Positions 56,335 to 64,000 of a DNA stretch of 64,000 nucleotides are shown in pieces. Source of the stretch: Octopus vulgaris (taxonomy: Eukaryota); assembly GCA_951406725.2 (NCBI GenBank), contig OX597833.1, forward strand, positions 51,398,001 through 51,462,000, given 5' to 3'. The notes beneath the pieces were generated by a model. The model saw only the letters and a list, made by a program, of their open reading frames with translations, was not told the origin of the DNA and did not search any database. Position 1 is the stretch's first letter, and each line of letters starts with the position of its first letter. Both the position numbers and the translations under genes were made by a program.

Positions 56335-56387
<53 letters not shown>

Positions 56388-56733
56388 TTTCGTAATTTTG
56401 CATGTTAATGTACTGTAATACACGTTTTGTATGTACTGGAAAATCCTATCAAACATATAGTGTAGGTTCGAACACGTGTGACTGTATAACGTATTTCCTA
56501 TGCGATACTTTCCTGTCGATATTTATTTTCGTATATTCTAGCAGTAATATGTTATAGGAACACGCGATTAGAAATACACCGCGATGAGAAATAATGATTT
56601 TGTACCCAGGTTCAACATATGAATTTACGGTAAAATGAACAATGGATGTGTCGGTGAAGTAATTAACCATCGGAAACATATACTGATTTCATGTTGCAGT
56701 CCTTACTACTGCGCTGTAACCTTATAATGGTTG

Positions 56734-56810
56734 CTAGCACTATGACCCGGCGTTGCCGGGTCTAGTGTTAGAGCTTGTTGTTCGTTGCCGGGTCGCAGTA
56801 AAAATTTCTC
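56734..56810 (-). mobile_element. Helitron 3' terminus
   Basis: Minus strand: hairpin GACCCGGC-AAC-GCCGGGTC followed by ATAGTG-CTAG. The 5' end was not located. Confidence 0.7.
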
Positions 56811-57293
56811 ACTAAATCAAGAGCTAAGTTTCTTATCACATTTCAGCCCCGGGCCAGTTTGGTTGTTTATGAGCTAGTTGGAGCTTTTTATGAGAGTAAT
56901 TAATATTCATTAGACTTCGGTTTTCACACCTGGTACGGCATAACCATGGAAAATTAGCGGGACTGTGCATATGCCATTAGTCGATAAAAAAGGAGGCAGA
57001 AGAAAACGAAAAAATCGAATTTGGCCGCAAAATAACTTATGGGTATAAGTTTATATTTGGTACAATTGAATCAAATTAAAACCTTATTTTTTCTTCCTGT
57101 TTTTTTTAAAAATTTCTTTAGAACACCCAGCAAAGAGGAAAGGATACTGGCGATGACAATATGTCAGACACTGGATTAAGCTTTGAATGTGGAGGACTGA
57201 TATGTCTGTAGAAAGTAGCGTTGAAAATATCTAGCAACCTTTCTATTTCTAGAAGAGGTATAAAGAGAATTTAAATGAAATATAAATATTCTC

Positions 57294-57347
<54 letters not shown>

Positions 57348-57350
<3 letters not shown>

Positions 57351-57848
57351 GAGTGAGAGAGCAGTGCATGACATCAAAGTGACACTGGGGTAAAATATAC
57401 GAAGCCCAGTATACCCATCATGACTACCCGTCTGATAAGGGTACACCAGGCACATGCATCACAAGCATATGTGCGCGACATGGTCATCTCATATCAAGAT
57501 AAACAGCAGATGACCTTGCAGGTGGGGACCAGTTAGAATTTTCTTCTAGTTGAGTAACCCATCCCGCACTAAAGGTCCCTGAATAAGGGTCGTTTAAGGA
57601 TGTTGAATGAAACACCCATGTTTCCAGAGGTCATTTATTCGAACCCCAAAGAACCCCCCTCAACACATGGCTATGATGCTCATCCACTACTTCGGCTTGT
57701 GATCAGAAATGCACATATCGTCAGGGACTTTGGGACATGCTCAACTAAGATCAAGCATCTGTGGTATAGAGCAGAATATTTGCTGTAACCCATCTTTTAT
57801 ACCAAGACAAAACAATACACATTATAACACTTCCAATCAGTTAAGATC

Positions 57849-57850
<2 letters not shown>
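57348..57850 (-). mobile_element. Retroposon X, copy 2, in (TAA)n
   Basis: Reverse complement of 30822-31316; (TTA)n on both sides. Confidence 0.85.
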
Positions 57851-57899
<49 letters not shown>

Positions 57900-57916
57900 T
57901 TATTATTATTATTATT

Positions 57917-58983
57917 CATGGCTTCTTTTTCATTATAACTTCCTTTCACTTGCCTTAGTACCCAACATCCTCCAGAGGCCAAGAGCAGTAAAAGCACTTT
58001 TGTTTTGCCATGCATGCTAAAGTTATCACCACATTTATTCCATAGTGCCTTCCATAGTAAATGGGCTGTACTCATCAAGGTTATCTCTTGTAGTTCACCG
58101 AGATTGGAGTTACCACGGAGTTGCTTAATATACTTCTCAGCTCTCTTCTTTATCATTCCCAACGCACCAATTACTACTGGTTTTATCGCAGTACTGAGCT
58201 TCCACATTTCTGTGATTTCAATTTGCAAACCTTTATAGTGAGGAAGCTTTTCGTATTCCTTTCTTGAGACATTTTGATCTTGTGGGACGGACATTTCTGT
58301 TGACAGACAAGTTACTCTGTTGTAGCCCTTGATCACAATGTCAGGTGAATTAGAGTCAATTTTTCTGTCAGTTTGTATTGGGAAGTTCCGAAGGATGGTG
58401 ACGCCCTCACCCTTTACTACATACTCTGGGTGTACCACTTATCATGGGAATAAATTTTGTAGTATTTACAAGCATTCCGGTGGATGTACTGCCCTAGTCT
58501 GTCATGTCTTATGAGGTACTCCTTTTCAGCGAGGACTGGGCAGCCAGAAACAACATGATCAATTGTCTATGTGGATTTTCCGCAAATTCTGCACGAGGGG
58601 CCAGATCCAGCTTTAAGTACGTTTACATGTAATTTCTGGTAGGTAAGTTCTGTTCTTTCGCTGCAATAACAAAACCTGCTGTTTCCCCTTTCAGACCTGT
58701 CCCTTGTAGCCATTGGTGTTATAGGTTTTGATCTATATCTGGCTTGGACAGGCGGTTACTCTTTTACTCTTTTACTTGTTTCAATCATTTGATTGCGGCC
58801 ATGCTGGAGCACCGCCTTTAGTCGAGCTAATCGACGCCAGAACTTATTCTTTGTAAGCCTAGTACTTATTCTAACGGTCTCTTTTGCCGAACCGCTAAGT
58901 TACGGGAACGTAAACACACCACCATCGGTTGTCAAGCGATGTTGAGGGTGACAAATACAGACACACAAACAAACACACATATA

Positions 58984-59037
<54 letters not shown>

Positions 59038-59612
59038 CATATACATATATACAACGGGATTTTTAGTTTCCATCTACCAAATCCACTCCCAAGGCTTTGG
59101 TCGACCCGAGGCTATAGTAGAAGACACTTGCCCAAGGTGCCTCGCAGTGGGACTGAACCCGGAACCATGTGGTTAGTAAGCAAGCTACTTACAACACAGC
59201 CACTCCTACGCCTAGGGTATTTTCTATGGAGGAGTTTGCCTTTCCATTTGTCTTCGATATTATCTATGCACGCATTCTTTGCTGTTTGTTTGATGTTTTT
59301 GCATCAGTGATAGGTTTGCCACTCTGTGGTTCCTTTTGGTCTTTCTAGGCCCAGTATTGTTGATTTGAAGTATTGTTTGAGCTGTATCAGACCCCTTCCA
59401 CCTATTTTTCTTCGGAGATAAATCGTTTCTATATCTGATTTTGGATGGTGCATTCGGTACCTTGTAAGGATTTTACGGATCTTTCCATTCATATTCAGTA
59501 CGCCAGTGAGATTCCACTTGATGATAGCAAAGCATATGTGGTTACTGGTATGGCCAAAGAATTGATCGCATTAATTCTATTAGTAGTATTTAATTCTGAG
59601 TTTATTACAATT
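57917..59612 (-). mobile_element. Decayed R4/Dong-clade element (RT thumb to RLE), interrupted by a SINE
   Basis: AINSLAIP..RMHHPKSD..GGRGL..LKGETAGFVIAA..CRICG..HVVSGC..RHD..SPDIV..VVIGALG; ends in (AAT)n. Confidence 0.9.
58759..59212 (-). mobile_element. SINE family B inserted in the R4/Dong ORF
   Basis: Full-length; TA on both sides. Confidence 0.9.
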
Positions 59613-59624
59613 GATATTATTGTT

Positions 59625-60148
59625 ATTGAGTGAGAGAGACACTGGGGTGAATTATACGAAGCCCAGTATACTCGTCATGACTAGGTACACCAGTAACATG
59701 CATCACAACCATGTGTGCGCGACATGGTGATCTCATATCAAGATAAACAGCACAGAACCTTGCAGGTGGGGCCCAGTTAGAATTTTCTTCAGGTTGAGTA
59801 GCCCATCCCGCTCAAACGGTCCCTGAATAAGGGTTGTTTAAGGATGTTGAAAGAACCACCCATGTTTCCAGAGGTGAACTATTCAAACCCCAAAGAATCC
59901 CTCTCAACACATGGCTATGATGCTCCCCCACTACTTCTGCTCGTGATCAGAGATGCACATATCGTCAGCCACTAAGGGACATGCTCAAATGGTTAAGGTC
60001 AAACAACTGACAAGCAAATCTGTGGTATTGAGCAGAATATTTGCTGTAGCCCATCTTTTATACCAAGACAAAACAATGTACATGATAACACTTCCAATCA
60101 GTTAAGATCAGAAGCCATGAGAGCCACTGCCTGGTACTGCATCAGGGC

Positions 60149-60150
<2 letters not shown>
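59625..60150 (-). mobile_element. Retroposon X, copy 3 (longest 5' end)
   Basis: Homologous to copies 1 and 2; long (TAA)n upstream. Confidence 0.85.
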
Positions 60151-60202
<52 letters not shown>

Positions 60203-60253
60203 CATTATTATTATTACTATTATTATTATTATTATTACTATTATTATTATTAC

Positions 60254-60284
<31 letters not shown>

Positions 60285-60300
60285 ATTATTATTATTATTA

Positions 60301-60338
<38 letters not shown>

Positions 60339-60354
60339 ATTATTATTATTATTA

Positions 60355-60397
<43 letters not shown>

Positions 60398-60430
60398 TAT
60401 TATTATTATTATTACTATTATTATTATTAC

Positions 60431-60479
<49 letters not shown>

Positions 60480-60481
60480 TA

Positions 60482-60524
<43 letters not shown>
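60151..60524. repeat. (ATT)n microsatellite, ~370 bp
   Basis: Direct reading. Confidence 0.95.
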
Positions 60525-60525
60525 G

Positions 60526-60735
60526 AAGGTAATGAGCTGACAGAATTGTTAACACACTGGACGAAATGTCTAGCGGTGTTTCGCTCGTCACTACGTTTTG
60601 AATTCATATTTCCGCCGAAGTTGACTTTGCCTTACATCCTTTCGGGGTCTATCAATTAAGTACCAGTAAAGCACGGGGTTCGATGTAATCGACTGGTCCC
60701 CTCCCACAAAATTTCAGGCCTCGTGCCTGAGGTAG

Positions 60736-60740
<5 letters not shown>
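60526..60740 (+). mobile_element. SINE family A (tail type 1, diverged)
   Basis: Family A core and tail. Confidence 0.8.
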
Positions 60741-60806
<66 letters not shown>

Positions 60807-60822
60807 TTCATTATCATCATCA

Positions 60823-60881
<59 letters not shown>

Positions 60882-60930
60882 GATATTATTATTATTTTCA
60901 TTATCATCATCATTGTTATTATTATTATTA

Positions 60931-61501
60931 TTTTTTTTTCTTCTTTCAAATGTGCTTCCATTTCTTGCCGAGTGTCTTCCCGACTCCTAGGGCAAAGACA
61001 CTCATAGTATACATCGGTAGGCCATTAAACCAAACTCAATAGTTCGTTCATTTTTTTTTTTTTTTTTTAAGTTAAATTAAAATACATGAGCAGCAACAAT
61101 TCTCACATCGACAATGCTCTTCTCAATACATGTGATGTACCAGTTAAGACAATCTTTTGCACTTCTTGCAGGGATGGTAAGCCAGGGATCATTCTCATAT
61201 AATTTTCGGTTCCCTTCTTGATCATTCCTAGTGCTCCTACGATCACTGGTATTGTAACCGCCTTGAGATGCCACATTTTCTCAATTTCAATGAGTAGGTT
61301 TTTATATTTTCTGAGCTTGTCAAACTCTTTCGCTGAGATATTATGATCACAGGGGATGCTCATGTCGATCAATAAGCAAACTTTATTGCTTTGGTCTTTC
61401 ACAACAATATCTGGTTTATTGGCCTTGATGGTTCGGTCTGTATGTACTGGAAAGTCCCACAGAATGGTTACATTTTCTCCTTCAGTTACAGCCTCAGGGT
61501 G

Positions 61502-61502
<1 letters not shown>
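60931..61502 (-). mobile_element. R4/Dong-clade 3' fragment (RLE domain and 3' UTR)
   Basis: ILWDFPVHTDRTIKANKPDIVV..LIDMSIP..DKLRKY..VIVGALG; stop at 61103; (TAA)n on both sides. Confidence 0.92.
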
Positions 61503-61573
<71 letters not shown>

Positions 61574-61595
61574 GATGTTATTATTATTATTTTCA

Positions 61596-61644
<49 letters not shown>

Positions 61645-62080
61645 GATTATTATATCAATAGAAAATATATATTCTAAAGTTCATATACATATCTATAAAT
61701 TGTCATTACCATGAAGTTTGTCAAGAAGAGAAAAAGTAAAAGATTAAAAGATTTAAAACGTTATGAAGCAGTCTCTCGTAGTGTGAAAAACCGTCTTCTT
61801 GCAGTGAGTTAAAATTCAGTCCCTGACTGAATCGCATAGCTAAAATCTTTAATCTCTAAAGAACCTTGAAAATCACATCAGCATTTAAAAGAATTTTTTA
61901 GACAGTGTAGAATTTAATAACTGGTTTCTATTAGTAACGGTTCCGTACTCATAACTAATTAATAAGCAACGTTCATTATTATAGTATGCATAGCTATGTC
62001 TGTATATATGCATATATATATGTGTGTGTGTGTGCGTGTGTATGTAAAACACACATGCATACATAGACATATATATATCT

Positions 62081-62121
<41 letters not shown>

Positions 62122-62133
62122 TATATATGTATG

Positions 62134-62206
<73 letters not shown>

Positions 62207-62456
62207 GTATAAACTTGTACGTATGTTTATCGCATAAATTTACTCTCTCTCTCACTTTCTTTGCAGTAGTATTTGTGTGTGAAACTGAAGAAATATCCAC
62301 CCACGGACCTATACACAAAACACAGCTTTTGTGTTCGGTAGTTCTTTGGGTACTTTTGAGTGCAAATAAGAAATTGTCTGTAATTGTGATTATATTCCAA
62401 CTTCAGTTCCTCAAACATTTACATCTGGACATGCAATCTGTGGTTTATATACATAC

Positions 62457-62487
<31 letters not shown>

Positions 62488-62488
62488 C

Positions 62489-62573
<85 letters not shown>

Positions 62574-62736
62574 TACATATATACATATATGCATATATAT
62601 ATATATATATCTGTATGTATATATGAATCTATATACGTGTATATATACATATGTATATGTATACACAAATTTATGAGCGTGTATACATGACGATATATGT
62701 GTGTGTGTGTGTGTAAAAACTTATGTATATTATATG

Positions 62737-62770
62737 TATTCATATACGGTGTATGTGTGTTTGTGGCTAA

Positions 62771-62836
<66 letters not shown>

Positions 62837-62863
62837 TAGCCACAAACACACATACACCATATA

Positions 62864-62900
<37 letters not shown>

Positions 62901-62934
62901 TTAGCCACAAACACACATACACCATATATGAATA
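62737..62934. repeat. Inverted repeat centred on (TA)n with a duplicated right arm
   Basis: TATTCATATACGGTGTATGTGTGTTTGTGGCTAAGA; reverse-complement copies at 62834-62869 and 62898-62934. Confidence 0.9.
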
Positions 62935-63642
62935 TATATATATATATATATATATATAGATCCGTGCATGTGTGTGCATATACATATATATATACATTCA
63001 TGCAAACACTAATATGGGTGGGGTGTACTACAGTTTTCATTCTCTAAGTTTCTGTATGCGTATTTATTACATTTTCGGGCTTATACCCGTTACACCCCCT
63101 CACACTATCTCACTCCCGCTCTCTCATACCCTCACTCACTCACACACACACACTCTCTCTCTCTCTTCCTCTGTCTCCCTCTTTCTTTCTCCTCCTCCCT
63201 TCCTTTTCATTTCCCTTGTGCATGAATATATTTTTTATATATATGCATTCTTTTGTGTGTGTTTGTGTGCGTGTGTGTGTGTATGTGTGTGCATGTTTGT
63301 GTATGCTTGTGCGTCTATGCACAAACACACGCACTCACACACACACACACACACACGCACGCACGCACACACACACATATATATATATAATGAGAGAGAG
63401 ACGTATGTATGTATATATGCATGTATGTATGTACGGATGTATATAAATAAGTATGCATGTGTGTATATATATATATATATATATATGTGCTCATATATAT
63501 ATATGTGCTTATATGCAAAAGTACGTACATATGTATGTATATGTGTATAAATGCATACATATATAAGTATATATATGTGAGTATAATATATATATGAGTA
63601 TAATTTATATATGTACGTGTGAATTATGTATATATACACATA

Positions 63643-63685
<43 letters not shown>

Positions 63686-63959
63686 GCGTGCGCGTGTGTG
63701 TGGCTGCATGTGCGTGCCTGTATATTTGTTTGCACATGTGTGTGTTTTGTGTGTATGTGAGTATTTTCATGCATACGTGCGTAAGTGAGTGCGCACGTTT
63801 GTGCGTGCGTGCGTGCGTGCATATGAAGTGTTTTTATGATTATCAATGTGTGAGTGATTGGGTGTGAAAAAAAAAAGCGAAAAAAAAAACAAAAACAAAA
63901 ACAAAAAAAATATTTTTCGTAAAAGGAAACTTGTTGGAGGATCAGTTTTTTGTGTGTGC

Positions 63960-64000
<41 letters not shown>

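Overview
AT-rich, microsatellite-saturated animal DNA with no convincing host protein-coding gene, so probably intergenic or a large intron. The repeat families look like those of Octopus (inferred from recalled SINE sequences, not verified). Nearly all long ORFs in the supplied track are simple-repeat artefacts. Recognisable content: (i) many tRNA-derived SINEs of at least four types, some in head-to-tail arrays; (ii) a 5'-truncated Penelope-like element (Neptune type: RT C-terminus, Cys linker, GIY-YIG); (iii) R4/Dong-type RLE non-LTR fragments and a non-coding ~500-bp retroposon, most embedded in (TAA)n; (iv) a CR1 3' end, Tc1/mariner relics, pogo-like MITEs and Helitron-like ends. The main hidden signal is a set of at least seven type-I hammerhead ribozyme motifs read by eye. 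They have palindromic (dimer-type) stem III, several have unusually long stem II or variant cores, and most lie next to (TA)n tracts. All folds and translations were done by hand.
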